Assembly: GCA_963805975.1 (NCBI GenBank)
Contig: CAWDVR010000004.1
Coordinates: 192,001 to 256,000, forward strand
DNA from: an uncultured Acidobacteriota bacterium
GTDB lineage: Bacteria > Acidobacteriota > Thermoanaerobaculia > Multivoradales > SZUA-115
Direction of reading: 5' to 3'
DNA length: 64,000 nucleotides
Notes under the pieces: model-generated
Told to the model about the DNA's origin: nothing
The model's input: only the letters and a program-made list of their open reading frames with translations
The model's database searches: none
Made by a program: the position numbers and the translations under genes
Shown: one piece after another, positions 8,996-18,924 of the stretch
Numbering within the stretch: the stretch's first letter is position 1
How the letters are laid out: each line of letters begins with the position of its first letter

Positions 8996-10047
8996 CCCGC
9001 TCGCTCCGGGGCCACCGCCGGGCCGGGCAGCACCCGGTTCTCGAGGCGGCCGGTGCTGTTGATGCCGGGCACGAAGCCCGTGGGTCCGGGGCGGACCCCG
9101 CCGGCGGAGCCGGGCGGATTGACCAGCGAGGGCTTTTGCGAGGCCGGGGTGCGACCGGTGGCGCTGCCGCCCTGGCCGGAGCGCGGCCAGGACCAGCTCG
9201 TGTTGCCGCCGCCGCGGGTCCCGGCGACCGTTGCCGCACGGTTGCCTCCGCGGCTCGAACCGGGCAGCGGCGTCACCTGGCCGGTGGGGCGACCGCCGAG
9301 CTGGTCCTCGGACAAGACCTTGGAGGAGGCGACCGGGTTGGAGACCGGTCTGGCGCTGCCGCCGCGGCTGGCCGGCGAAGCAGAGCGGCTCTCGCCCGCT
9401 CGCGCCGGCGTGACCGCCGTGCCCGAAGCGACACGCTCGGACGCGGGGGCCGACGGGATCGGCGGCACCAGCAGGGAGGTGATGTGCTCCGGGTCCTCGT
9501 AGGTGTTGGGCGCCTGCGGCAGCGCCGCCATGTCGCGGTAGGAGCGCAGGAGAGCCGCGGTCAGGAGCTCGTTGTCGATCACCTGCGGGTTGATCTTGGG
9601 AAAGGCGAGGTCCGGGTTCAGCGAGAAAGCCTTGGCGTAGGCGGTGAGCGCCGCCGCCTCGTTGCCCTTGGCCTCGAGCAGGGCGCCAATCTGATAGTGC
9701 GCCCAGGCGAACGCCGGCTCGGTCTTCACCACCTGCCGAAACTCGTCCAGGGCCTTCTCGGCCTTGCCCTGCTGCTGCAGGAGCAGACCCAAGTTGTAGC
9801 GCGGCGGCACCTTGTGCGGGGCGATGGTGAGCGCCTGGCGGTAGGCGTCTTCGGCCTCGGCGAGCCGTCCGGCCATGCGCAAGAGGTTGCCGAGGTCGTT
9901 GAGCACCGCGTCATCGCCGGGCGTCTGCTGCGCCAGCGCCTTCTGCGCCTCCACCGCCTTCGAGAGGTTGGGCGGCGGGGCGCTGGCGGCCACGGCGGCG
10001 GCGACGGCGAGGGTCGGGAGGAGAAGCCAGAGCTTGGATTTGTGCAC
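8992..10047 (-). CDS. Exported tetratricopeptide-repeat protein with low-complexity C-tail
   Basis: AAGGAG RBS + GTG; signal peptide; TPR motifs 'LNDLGNLL..AG..AEAEDAYRQAL', 'YNLGLLL', 'AHYQIG'. Confidence 0.8.
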   Translation of the reverse strand: MHKSKLWLLLPTLAVAAAVAASAPPPNLSKAVEAQKALAQQTPGDDAVLNDLGNLLRMAGRLAEAEDAYRQALTIAPHKVPPRYNLGLLLQQQGKAEKALDEFRQVVKTEPAFAWAHYQIGALLEAKGNEAAALTAYAKAFSLNPDLAFPKINPQVIDNELLTAALLRSYRDMAALPQAPNTYEDPEHITSLLVPPIPSAPASERVASGTAVTPARAGESRSASPASRGGSARPVSNPVASSKVLSEDQLGGRPTGQVTPLPGSSRGGNRAATVAGTRGGGNTSWSWPRSGQGGSATGRTPASQKPSLVNPPGSAGGVRPGPTGFVPGINSTGRLENRVLPGPAVAPERAG

Positions 10048-10088
10048 AGAGACTCCTTGACGGCTGCTTGAAGGGCTGGGGTGAGCGG

Positions 10089-10700
10089 CTACACCGCCTT
10101 GATGGGTTTCGCCTTGAGCCGGGTCTGGCCGTCTTCTTCCACCAGCCGGAATCGCACTTCCTCGCAGCCGGTCTTGGCCCGGATGGCGGCGAGCTGTTGC
10201 GTCAGATAGGACCGAAAACTGTCGAGATCGAAGCGCGCGCCGTCGCCCCGCGCCAGGCCGGCGAACAGGGCTTCCACGGCGTCGCCGGGGAGCGAGGGGT
10301 CGAGCACCACGCCTTCGGCGAGGTCGAAGCGCGGGCCGGCGGCCGGTACGGCGAGCGCTGTGCGGCCCTCTTCCCGGCCGCGCAGCCGGCGGTTCTGGAG
10401 CTCGCTGTAGGTGTTGAACCGGGCCTCGAGCTGCTGCAGGCGGAAGCGGTCGGCAAGGTTGTGGATGGGCCGGTCGCGCAGCCGGCGAAGCGCCGTCTGC
10501 AGCCGGTCCTTGAGATCGACCGGGGGCACCGGCAGGGCACCGTTGAAGAAGCGCTCGAACTCCACGCGCAGCTCCTGGATGCCGTGCTCGAGCTTGTTGA
10601 GCGCGTCCCGCACCGCCCACTCACTCCCCTGGGCAGCTCCCGAGGCGGTGAATGCTGGGGTCGGCGTGAGGCTCCGCGGCTTAGAATTCATTGTGGCCAT
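10089..10700 (-). CDS. MXAN_5187 C-terminal-domain-like protein
   Basis: 'ELRVEFERFF.G..P.PP', 'RFRLQQL..RFNTY', 'IRAKTGCEEVRFRLV..DG..RLKA'; recalled family signature. Confidence 0.65.
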   Translation of the reverse strand: MATMNSKPRSLTPTPAFTASGAAQGSEWAVRDALNKLEHGIQELRVEFERFFNGALPVPPVDLKDRLQTALRRLRDRPIHNLADRFRLQQLEARFNTYSELQNRRLRGREEGRTALAVPAAGPRFDLAEGVVLDPSLPGDAVEALFAGLARGDGARFDLDSFRSYLTQQLAAIRAKTGCEEVRFRLVEEDGQTRLKAKPIKAV

Positions 10701-10817
10701 GAGACTTCGAGCTCGAAGGTCGGTTCGGTCGGCGACGGCGGCGCCCGCGGAGGACGACCGCGCACCACGATTATACGGGCCGGCTCCGCGCAGCATCCAG
10801 GGAGGGCGGAAAGGGTG

Positions 10818-12149
10818 GTGAAAGCGGGCGGACGGCTGCTGCTGGTCGAGGATCGCGAGTCTCTCGCCAGGATGCTCGAGCGCGCGCTCGTGGGCGAGGG
10901 CTACGAAGTGGCCGTGGAGCGCGACGGCGCCCTGGGCATCGCCCGCCTGCGGCGCGACCCGTTCCACCTCGTGCTCACCGATCTCAAGCTGCCGGGAGCT
11001 TCCGGCCTCGAGGTGGTGGCCGCCTGCCGGTCGCTCGCTCCCCCCGTGCCGGTGGTGGTGATGACCGCCTACGGCACCGTGGAAGCCGCCGTCGAGGCGA
11101 TGAAACGTGGCGCCCTCGACTTCCTGGAGAAGCCGGTCGAGATCGACGACCTCTTTCGGCTGGTGGCGGCGGCGGTGGGACGGTCGTCGGTGGAACCGAA
11201 GGCCGGGGCGGGCGAGCGGAAGGCACCGGGTGCGCCGCTCCTCGTCGGCTCGCATCCCCGGTTCCGGGCCGCCCTCCATCTCTTGGAGCGGGTGGCGCCG
11301 TCCGCGGCCACGGTGCTCCTCACCGGCGAGAGCGGCACCGGCAAAGAGCTCTTTGCCCGCACCCTCCATCACCTCTCCCCCCGACGCCACGGGCCGTTCG
11401 TCGCCATCAACTGCGCGGCGATCCCGGAACCGCTCCTCGAGAACGAGCTCTTCGGTCACGAGAAGGGAGCCTTCACCGGCGCCGGCGAGCGCCAGGCCGG
11501 CCGCTTCGAGCAGGCACGGGGCGGCACTCTGCTACTCGACGAGATCGGCGAGCTGGCGCCCTCCGTCCAGGCCAAGGTGCTGCGGGTGCTCGAGGAGCGG
11601 ACCTTCGAGCGCGTGGGCGGCGGTGCGACGATCGCCGCGGACGTGCGCCTGGTGGCGGCGACCAACCGCGATCTCGGGGCCATGGTGGCGGCGGAGAGGT
11701 TCCGCCAGGATCTCTTCTTTCGTCTCGACGTCTTCCCCATCGCGCTGCCGCCGCTGCGCGAGCGCCGGAGCGACGTCGAGGCCCTGGCTCAGCATCTCCT
11801 GGGCTCGATCGCCAGGCGGCTGGGGCGGGAGGCGCCGGCGCTCGCCGCGGACGCCGTGGAGGCGCTGGTCGCCGAGGATTGGCCGGGCAACGTGCGCCAG
11901 CTCGGCAACGTGCTCGAGCGGGCTCTGATCCTCGGCAGCGGCCCCTGGCTCCGAGCGGTGGACCTGGCGCCGCTCCTGGCACCCGCCGTGGCCGGGGGCG
12001 GCGAGCGGGAGCGTCTCAAGAAGGCGCTGGTCGAGGCCGCGGGTGACAAGCACCGGGCCGCGGAGACGCTGGGCGTCAGCTACCGCACTCTGCTCCGCAA
12101 GGTGAAGGAGCACGACCTCGAAGGCGTGCCCCGCTATCGGTCCGGATAG
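10818..12149 (+). CDS. Sigma54-dependent response regulator (PilR/NtrC-like)
   Basis: REC 'VLTDLKLPG', Walker A 'GESGTGKE', 'GAFTGA', 'LLDEIGE', 'WPGNVRQL', Fis-type HTH. Confidence 0.95.
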   Translation: MKAGGRLLLVEDRESLARMLERALVGEGYEVAVERDGALGIARLRRDPFHLVLTDLKLPGASGLEVVAACRSLAPPVPVVVMTAYGTVEAAVEAMKRGALDFLEKPVEIDDLFRLVAAAVGRSSVEPKAGAGERKAPGAPLLVGSHPRFRAALHLLERVAPSAATVLLTGESGTGKELFARTLHHLSPRRHGPFVAINCAAIPEPLLENELFGHEKGAFTGAGERQAGRFEQARGGTLLLDEIGELAPSVQAKVLRVLEERTFERVGGGATIAADVRLVAATNRDLGAMVAAERFRQDLFFRLDVFPIALPPLRERRSDVEALAQHLLGSIARRLGREAPALAADAVEALVAEDWPGNVRQLGNVLERALILGSGPWLRAVDLAPLLAPAVAGGGERERLKKALVEAAGDKHRAAETLGVSYRTLLRKVKEHDLEGVPRYRSG

Positions 12150-12157
12150 GCGGCCGC

Positions 12158-12934
12158 TCAGCGGGTTTCGGCGTCCGCCGGTGGCGACTCGACGACCCCG
12201 ACCGGCCGCACTCGCAGGCCGCCCCCCACCTCGAAGGCGGCGGTCGAGAAGGTCACCACGCCGGTGAAGACGGCGCGGAAGTTCACCGCGGCCCCGGCGG
12301 CGAGCGTGGTGGGCGCCAGCGACGCCGCCTTCTCGGCGATCAGCGAGCCGTCCCCGGAGAGCAGCCGCACCGTCACCGAGAGGCCGGTGACCAGGTCCTG
12401 CGACTTGTTGGTCACCGTGCCCAGGATCTGGACGTTGAGGTTCTCGGGGTCGTCGACCTGCCGCCAGTCGGTGACCTCGACCCCGGGCGGCGTGGTGGCC
12501 GGCCTTGCCGGATCGACCGATTCATCGGCAGGTGCCTGTCCTTCCGCCTCCGGGGTCAGCGGATCGCCCTCGGGCGTGACATGGCCCACGTCGGCGTCGG
12601 TCAGCACCAGGACCGGCTTCTTGGGCGGCGGGGGTGGGGGTGGCGGCGGCGCGGGCCTGACTGCTTCCGCCGTGGCCTCGCGGCTGGCGTCGAGGTCGAC
12701 CGCGGAGAGCCGGATGGAGGAGAGGCTGCCGTTCGGGCGCTTGAACACCACCAGCTTGCCCTGGGCCTTCCAGGGCCCGTCGGTCTCCACTCTCTGGCCG
12801 TCGGTGGTGACCAGCCAGTCCGCACCGGCGGGAGTGGCGAGCCAAGGGGAGAGCAGGACGAGCGCCGACAGGGCCGCCGCCGAGCGCCAGGACCACCGCG
12901 ACTTCGTTTCGTGCCTCGCTTCGCTCGTCCTCAT
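12158..12934 (-). CDS. Exported protein with Pro linker and FxLYD-like C-terminal domain
   Basis: Signal peptide, poly-Pro, 'ILGTVTN..V.GLSVTVRL..DG..L.PG..F'; last gene of the pilY1 operon. Confidence 0.65.
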   Translation of the reverse strand: MRTSEARHETKSRWSWRSAAALSALVLLSPWLATPAGADWLVTTDGQRVETDGPWKAQGKLVVFKRPNGSLSSIRLSAVDLDASREATAEAVRPAPPPPPPPPPKKPVLVLTDADVGHVTPEGDPLTPEAEGQAPADESVDPARPATTPPGVEVTDWRQVDDPENLNVQILGTVTNKSQDLVTGLSVTVRLLSGDGSLIAEKAASLAPTTLAAGAAVNFRAVFTGVVTFSTAAFEVGGGLRVRPVGVVESPPADAETR

Positions 12935-12943
12935 CAGGGCCTC

Positions 12944-15900
12944 CTAGAACTCCTTCCAGTTCTTCTCGACGATGCCGATCGGGATCGGGATCGGCCGCAC
13001 CTCGCCGGTATCGGCACGGCGGAACATGACCTCGACCGTATAGTTGGCGAATCTGGTACGGGGGGGGAAGAGCTCCTTGAGGGTCGCGAGCACGGCCTTG
13101 CGCCACTCCAGCTCCTCCTCGTCGTACTCCACGCCGCCCTGCGAGTTGCCGGAGGCCCCCTGGTCCACATAGGGAGGCGTGACGAGCGTCTCTCCGACAT
13201 TCATGTAGCGCAGCGTATCGCCGTCCTGCTCGGGCTGGATGGCGTCGCCGTTGGTGCTCAGGACCAGGAACACGCGGCTGTCCCCGGTGCGGGCGCAGAC
13301 CGCGTTCTCGTCGGTGACGATCTGGGGCTTGAAGGTGGGGAAGATGGTCACCCCGGAGACCGAGAAGACCTGTGCGACCACCCGCTCGTTGGCATCGAGA
13401 GTGATGATGAATCCCTTCCCCTTGTTCGGCGGCGGGCGCAGCAAGAAGTTCTCGCCGTCGTTGCCCGCGCCCTCGGAGTCGACGAGCCGGTAGCCGGTCT
13501 CGAGCTTGGGCAGCGTGCCGGCGAGCGCCTGCGCGCGGGTGAAGCCCTCGTCGGCCACCACGTACAGGCGTCCCTCGGCGCCGGTCAGGTTCCACATCTC
13601 CTCGCGGTTGCCGCTGCCGAAGACCAGGGCGAACTGACCGGTCTCGGCGACCAAAAGGACGGTCGGGGCGAAGAAGATCGGCAGGCGCTGGCCGCCGCTC
13701 AGGGTGTCGAAGATCTTGAACGGTGCCCAGGCGTCGCCCGTCACCCGTTCGACCTCGTGCTCGACGCCGTTCAGATCCTGGACCTCGACCTCCTCGATCT
13801 CCTGCGGCACGGTGAGGTCCACTTTGTACATGTAGCCGGCGGTGGTGCCGACGTAGAGAGTGTCGAGGAAGCCGTCACTGTTGAAGTCGATCGCCGCCGG
13901 CGACGACGGGACCGCGCCTTCCATGGCCCGCTTGTAGATCGCCTTGCCGGTTTCGATGTCGATCATGTAGAGCCAAGTGCCGCTCTTGGGTGCCAGGCGG
14001 TTCTCGGGATCGAAGCCGCCGCCCAGGACCGCCACCCAGCGCTCCGTGGTGCCGCCGGAGCCGTCGGCAAGCCGCACGCGGCCGATGATCGGCTGCGACC
14101 AGGTTCGACCGAGGTCGGGCATGCCGTTGTCGTCCTCGTCGAAGGAGACCCCCCACTCGGCCGGCGAGCCGTCGACCGAGTCGGTGAACTCCCAGAGCTC
14201 GGCCCCGAAGGGGATCGGCCCGCAGGCCGAGGCGTTGTAGTTCGAGAGACAGGTGGGGACCACGTCCCGGTTGCTCGGCTTGTTGTCGCTGCCCAGCCGG
14301 TCGGGTTGGGTGACGTCGAGGGCGTAGTAGCCGCTCACGAACGGCTTGCTGTTGTCGAGGTCCACCTCGCCGCCGCCGTCGATGCTGCCACCCTCGCGCA
14401 AGCCGCCGATGGCGATCGTGCGCCAGCGGCGGTCGGCGGGATCGACCGGATCGCCGCTGCTGTGGGCCGGATCGATGAACACGTTGATCATCCGCGGCGA
14501 ACCGTCCACCGAGAAGATCTGGCGATCGCCGGTGGCGACCTCCTTGAGGATCGGCAGCACCATGCGCGGGATGAAGGAGAAGAGCTCCTTGCCGGTGCCG
14601 TTGTCGAACTTCTTGGCCGAATCGTCCCAGATACCGGCGTCGAAGAAGTGCAGCATGCCGTCGTTGGCGCCCACCGCCAGCATCTTGCGCCGGAACTCGT
14701 GCTTCCTCGCGAAGCAGCGGTAGCCGGGGCTGGCGGCAGTGCAGCTCTGGCCGTTGGCGTCGGAGTCGTCGTGGTAGCGGTTGCTGGCGAACTCGGCGAA
14801 GTCGTCCGGCCGGTCGACGAGCGTGGGGTTGGCGTGGAAGATGTCGCCGAGGACGTAGGTGATGTCGGTGGCCTCGCCGTCGATGGTGATGCTACCCGTC
14901 TTCTCGACCAGGGTCTCTCCGATGACCTTGTTGGCCAGGACGTCGGGCGGGCTGCCGGGAAGCGCCAGATCGACCAGCGTGTAGCTCAACCCCATGCCGT
15001 CCCACAGATCCTGTCGCGCCGTGGCCGTGGTCGGGAACTCGAACAGAGAGCGATCGTTGGGCACCGCATCCGTACCCAGATTCTTGGCCTTGGGATAGAA
15101 GACCCGGCGCTGGTCGGCGGCGTTGCCGAGGCGTAGATTGCCGCTGGATACCTCGGTTTCGCTCGGTGCCTGGGTGAGGAGCACCTCGCCCGCGTCCCAG
15201 AGGTGGCAGCCGCCCTCGACGTCGGGGCCGCAGTCGGGGTCCTTGTCCGGCTTGCCGTCCTGGTCCGCGTCCGGGATGGGCTTCAGGAAGGCGTCGACGT
15301 GGCCGTCCCAGGTGCTCTTGTTGTTGAGCGGGGTGAAGCTCGAGAGGAAGATCTTTTCCTCCACCTCGGCCTGGATCGACGGCACCGCGGCGGCGGCGAA
15401 GGCCGCGGCCTGGCCCCGCAGGTTGTCGACGATGGCACGCAGCGCGGCGACCAGCTGGTCCTTGTTCTGCGGCAGGATCGGTGCCGGCGGCTCGCGGTCG
15501 CCGTCGCCGTCGGCGTCCGGCAGCGGAGCGGTCGCCATGCAGCGCAGCTTGTTGTTGGGGTTGAGGTTCTCGTTGTTGAGGCCGAAGCCGACCACGTAGG
15601 TCAGCACGTTGTCCTGGGTCTCGAGCTGCGAGGCGATGGTGCAAGGGTTGTTGCTGCCGCAGCCGGCGGTGTCGTCACCGTCGGTCAGCACCAGGATGTA
15701 CTTCTGCCGGCACGCCCAGTTCGGGTCGTTGGCGCCCCCGAGGGCCTTGAAGGCGCTGTACCAGGTGCGGAAGTTGGCCATCGAGTTGCCGAGCGGTGTC
15801 GAGCCGAAGGCGACGAACGGCCGCGCCGCCGCGTTGCGCAGGCGCACGGCGCCGAGCAACGGAGAGTCCTGGAAGTAGCGGGCGGTGCGGAAGTCCGGGA

Positions 15901-17011
15901 TGGCCTCGCCCAGCAGCCGGTTGGGTGCCAGCCGGCCGAGGATCTCGTCCTTGTGGTCGTCGTTCCAGTCGAGGGGTATGACGTCCCCGCTGTTCAGGGT
16001 CGGCCGAAAGGCGGACACCGGGTGGTTCACGGTGGGGAAGCGGATGTTGTACCCGGTGGTGGAGTCCGCGTCCGCCGAGGTATCGGTGTTGGGGTCCCAG
16101 CCCGAGCAGGTGTTGTCGGTCACCGAGTCGGAGGCGGCCGCCTGGCTGAAATATCCGAGCTGGGGATTGTCGATCTTGGCCGCCTGGTCCCACATGTTGA
16201 AGTCACTGACCAGGTTGTACTGCAGATCCTTGTCCTGGACCAGCGTGCGGTTGCTGCAGGCGGTGTTGTTGCAGCGCTCCAGCCGCAAGGTCACCGAGTA
16301 GCTCGCGGAGCCCAGGACTTGGAGGGGCTTGTTGCGAAACTGCAGACGGTAGGTGGTGGTGTTCGCCGGGTTGCGCAGGTAGATGAGCTGGGTGCCGGCG
16401 GAGGCCGTGCTCCCCGTCTGGTCGAGCTGGGCGCAGCGATGGGTGCGCTCGATGGCCCAGGCGTCGGAGAAGAACGCGGGGTCGCCGGCATCGTGGCCCA
16501 CGGTGTCGCCGCTGGTGCAGGAGAAGGGGCGGCCGAAGACTTGCGTCGAACCGGCCTCCGGGTAGACGGCCGCGCTGCTGGGGATGGTGATGCCGGTCTG
16601 GCCGGCGGCCAGCTTGTACAGCCAGTGCTTGCCGATCATCTTCAGGTGGTCCTGGTTGTAGGTGGCAAGCCCCAGGCTCACGCCGTCGGCGTCCTTCAGC
16701 ACTTCGTAGAGCGCATCCTTGGCCTGGTGGAACTTCGAGCCCGGATCGTCGCCGTTGAGCGGCACGTAGCAGTCGCCGTTGGGGCAGAGAGGAGAGCACT
16801 CCCCGGCGTCGAACTGCGCCTGGGAGCACGGCGGCGACCAGTGCATGGAGCCCGAGGTGTCGAGGAGGATGAACAGGTACGGATCCTCGGAGGACTCGCG
16901 CAGCAGGTCGCGGTCGTCGGCTTGCGCGGTGGTCGAGAGCAGCAGGACGGCGGCGAGCGCAGTCCCGGCGGCCCGGAGGACGGCAGAGTGCTTGGGGTGG
17001 CTATAGGTCAT
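12944..17011 (-). CDS. pilY1: Type IV pilus tip adhesin PilY1 (vWA + beta-propeller)
   Basis: MIDAS 'DTSGSM', 'VLTDG', 'LGDIFHANP', 'VGANDGMLHFF', 'GKELFSFIP', 'VDGSP', 'LG.TWSQP'; follows pilX. Confidence 0.9.
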   Translation of the reverse strand: MTYSHPKHSAVLRAAGTALAAVLLLSTTAQADDRDLLRESSEDPYLFILLDTSGSMHWSPPCSQAQFDAGECSPLCPNGDCYVPLNGDDPGSKFHQAKDALYEVLKDADGVSLGLATYNQDHLKMIGKHWLYKLAAGQTGITIPSSAAVYPEAGSTQVFGRPFSCTSGDTVGHDAGDPAFFSDAWAIERTHRCAQLDQTGSTASAGTQLIYLRNPANTTTYRLQFRNKPLQVLGSASYSVTLRLERCNNTACSNRTLVQDKDLQYNLVSDFNMWDQAAKIDNPQLGYFSQAAASDSVTDNTCSGWDPNTDTSADADSTTGYNIRFPTVNHPVSAFRPTLNSGDVIPLDWNDDHKDEILGRLAPNRLLGEAIPDFRTARYFQDSPLLGAVRLRNAAARPFVAFGSTPLGNSMANFRTWYSAFKALGGANDPNWACRQKYILVLTDGDDTAGCGSNNPCTIASQLETQDNVLTYVVGFGLNNENLNPNNKLRCMATAPLPDADGDGDREPPAPILPQNKDQLVAALRAIVDNLRGQAAAFAAAAVPSIQAEVEEKIFLSSFTPLNNKSTWDGHVDAFLKPIPDADQDGKPDKDPDCGPDVEGGCHLWDAGEVLLTQAPSETEVSSGNLRLGNAADQRRVFYPKAKNLGTDAVPNDRSLFEFPTTATARQDLWDGMGLSYTLVDLALPGSPPDVLANKVIGETLVEKTGSITIDGEATDITYVLGDIFHANPTLVDRPDDFAEFASNRYHDDSDANGQSCTAASPGYRCFARKHEFRRKMLAVGANDGMLHFFDAGIWDDSAKKFDNGTGKELFSFIPRMVLPILKEVATGDRQIFSVDGSPRMINVFIDPAHSSGDPVDPADRRWRTIAIGGLREGGSIDGGGEVDLDNSKPFVSGYYALDVTQPDRLGSDNKPSNRDVVPTCLSNYNASACGPIPFGAELWEFTDSVDGSPAEWGVSFDEDDNGMPDLGRTWSQPIIGRVRLADGSGGTTERWVAVLGGGFDPENRLAPKSGTWLYMIDIETGKAIYKRAMEGAVPSSPAAIDFNSDGFLDTLYVGTTAGYMYKVDLTVPQEIEEVEVQDLNGVEHEVERVTGDAWAPFKIFDTLSGGQRLPIFFAPTVLLVAETGQFALVFGSGNREEMWNLTGAEGRLYVVADEGFTRAQALAGTLPKLETGYRLVDSEGAGNDGENFLLRPPPNKGKGFIITLDANERVVAQVFSVSGVTIFPTFKPQIVTDENAVCARTGDSRVFLVLSTNGDAIQPEQDGDTLRYMNVGETLVTPPYVDQGASGNSQGGVEYDEEELEWRKAVLATLKELFPPRTRFANYTVEVMFRRADTGEVRPIPIPIGIVEKNWKEF

Positions 17012-17039
17012 GATTTCTCCTCCGCGGCGGCCGGAGCGG

Positions 17040-17642
17040 TCAGAACTTCACCTGCTGCTCTTCTTCGTCGGTGAGATCGATCGTCTCGCTCTGGCGTTCG
17101 AAGGGCTGCATCTCGAACATCACAGTCAGGGTCTTCTGGGCTTGGGTCTGGGCGTCGTCCGCGGGCGTGGCTTCGTCCCCGGCCCAGGTGAGCTCGGTCG
17201 CCGTCGAGGTGACGGCGTGGTTGACGCGGAAGTACTTCGGGCCGTGCCTGCCGTCCTCGCCCTCGTTGGCCGGGCAGTAGTTGCAAACGCTGGAACCGAT
17301 CGGCACCATGGGCGAGACTGCGATCTGGAAGCCGCGCGACGTGGGGGCGGAGCTCCCGTACGGAGTCTGCGTGCCCGAGAACAGGCGGATCGCCTGCCCC
17401 GCATAATCGCGCCGCGCCAGTACCTGCGCGAGCGCAATCTGGAGACCCGAGTTCGAGGCGTAGAAGGTGCGGGTGACGGCGCGCTCCGCAGTGCCGATCT
17501 CCATCTCGAGATTGGTGATGGTGGCGAGCGAGAGACCCATGATGGTCAGGACCAGGAGCACCAGCAGCACCGCCAGGTAGGCGCTCCCGCCCTCGCTCCG
17601 GATCCTCGATGCACGGCTTGTCGTCATGTCCTTGCTCCGCAT
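17040..17642 (-). CDS. pilX: Minor pilin PilX-like
   Basis: 'G|SAYLAVLLVLLVLTIMGLS' lacking E5; 'FYASNSGL'. Confidence 0.8.
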   Translation of the reverse strand: MRSKDMTTSRASRIRSEGGSAYLAVLLVLLVLTIMGLSLATITNLEMEIGTAERAVTRTFYASNSGLQIALAQVLARRDYAGQAIRLFSGTQTPYGSSAPTSRGFQIAVSPMVPIGSSVCNYCPANEGEDGRHGPKYFRVNHAVTSTATELTWAGDEATPADDAQTQAQKTLTVMFEMQPFERQSETIDLTDEEEQQVKF

Positions 17643-17663
17643 GTTCGCGCTCCGTCCCCCGGC

Positions 17664-18908
17664 TCAGCCGGCATTGCGCAGGTCCACGGTGGTGGTCACG
17701 GTGCGCCGCCGGAACCAGTTCTCCGGCTCCTCGTTGAAAGCCGAGTCCGAATAGTCGTGGTTTTCCAATCGATCGATCGCCGGCGCCACGAAGCCGCGGT
17801 CGTTGCGCTCGCTGCGCACCAGACTGGTGGCGCGCAGGTACATGAGCCGTCCCGCCGCCCACTGCGGCTCGGCATCGTCGTCGGCGCCGACGTTGTACAG
17901 CCACTCGTCGGTCACCGGGTCGCCGCCCTCGTGCGCGAAGCCGTCGGCCACCACACCGTCGCCGTCGGCGTCGATACCCAGGGCGAGCTGGAGATCCAGC
18001 ACGTTGTCGACCATGTCGACCGCCCAGTTCGCCTCCTCGCCGTTCCACGGCGCCTGGGTGCCCGGGTAGGTGCGGGCGCGCGACAGGCTGGGGATCAGCT
18101 CGCCGTCGGCGCGCAGCTCGCGCACGAAGTAGCGGTACTCCTCGAGCAGCCCGATGTGCGCGTAGGCGTTGAGGTTGGCCGGGAACACTCCGCCCGGGGT
18201 GAGGGCCATGTACTGGTCGGTGTGCTCGCCGCCGCTGATCTTGAAAGCGATCGTGGGGTTGGTGGGGTCGTCCACGATCGAGTTTGCCGGATCCAGCTCG
18301 ACCACCGCGAAGATGTTGTCGCCGAGATTGCTGACGATCATCAGCGCCTCGGGCCGGCCCTCTTCGACGGCTTCGATGACGGCGGAGAGATCCTGGGGGA
18401 TGCCGCTGTTCGTGGGTGAGGTCAGGACGAAGCTGCCGGCGGTCGACTCCGAGGGGCTGGCGCCGTCGAAAGTGATGGCGGTGCCGACATCGATCGGTGA
18501 CTGGAAGATCGGCGCGCTGAACACCCCGCGCACGATCAGCACGTCCGTGCCGTCCAGCACCTCGGGGGTGCCGTCGTCGTCCGGGTTGATGTGGGCGTCC
18601 CCCGCGGCGTCGTCGAGGATCTCGAGCGCCTGGCCGTTGGGCAGGATGCCGAGCGGCACGCCACCGCGCCCCGCCATCTGCATGATGCGGGCGAGGTCGT
18701 GCTGGGCGACGCGCTGCCCCTGCTGCATCTCCGCGACGTCGGTCTGCACCCGCGAGATGCGCGCGTTGAGCTCGAAGAGGTTGTAGACGCCGACGATCAG
18801 CAGGATCGAGATCAGCATCGCGAACAGCACCTCGATCAGCGTGAAGCCGGCCTTACCGGTCGGGGTAGGCCGTGGAGGGGCCACGGGCGAGGGCAGTTGG
18901 GGGCTCAT
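17664..18908 (-). CDS. pilW: Minor pilin PilW-like
   Basis: 'G|FTLIEVL', 'MQQGQR..L.R.MQMAG', 'VDNVLDLQLALG.D.DGDG', 'TTTVDLRN'. Confidence 0.8.
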   Translation of the reverse strand: MSPQLPSPVAPPRPTPTGKAGFTLIEVLFAMLISILLIVGVYNLFELNARISRVQTDVAEMQQGQRVAQHDLARIMQMAGRGGVPLGILPNGQALEILDDAAGDAHINPDDDGTPEVLDGTDVLIVRGVFSAPIFQSPIDVGTAITFDGASPSESTAGSFVLTSPTNSGIPQDLSAVIEAVEEGRPEALMIVSNLGDNIFAVVELDPANSIVDDPTNPTIAFKISGGEHTDQYMALTPGGVFPANLNAYAHIGLLEEYRYFVRELRADGELIPSLSRARTYPGTQAPWNGEEANWAVDMVDNVLDLQLALGIDADGDGVVADGFAHEGGDPVTDEWLYNVGADDDAEPQWAAGRLMYLRATSLVRSERNDRGFVAPAIDRLENHDYSDSAFNEEPENWFRRRTVTTTVDLRNAG

Positions 18909-18924
18909 CAGGCGTCTCCCAGAG

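Noticed and set aside
12624-12652. G-rich tract as G-quadruplex or contingency repeat
   Set aside because: Explained by the poly-proline linker encoded on the minus strand.
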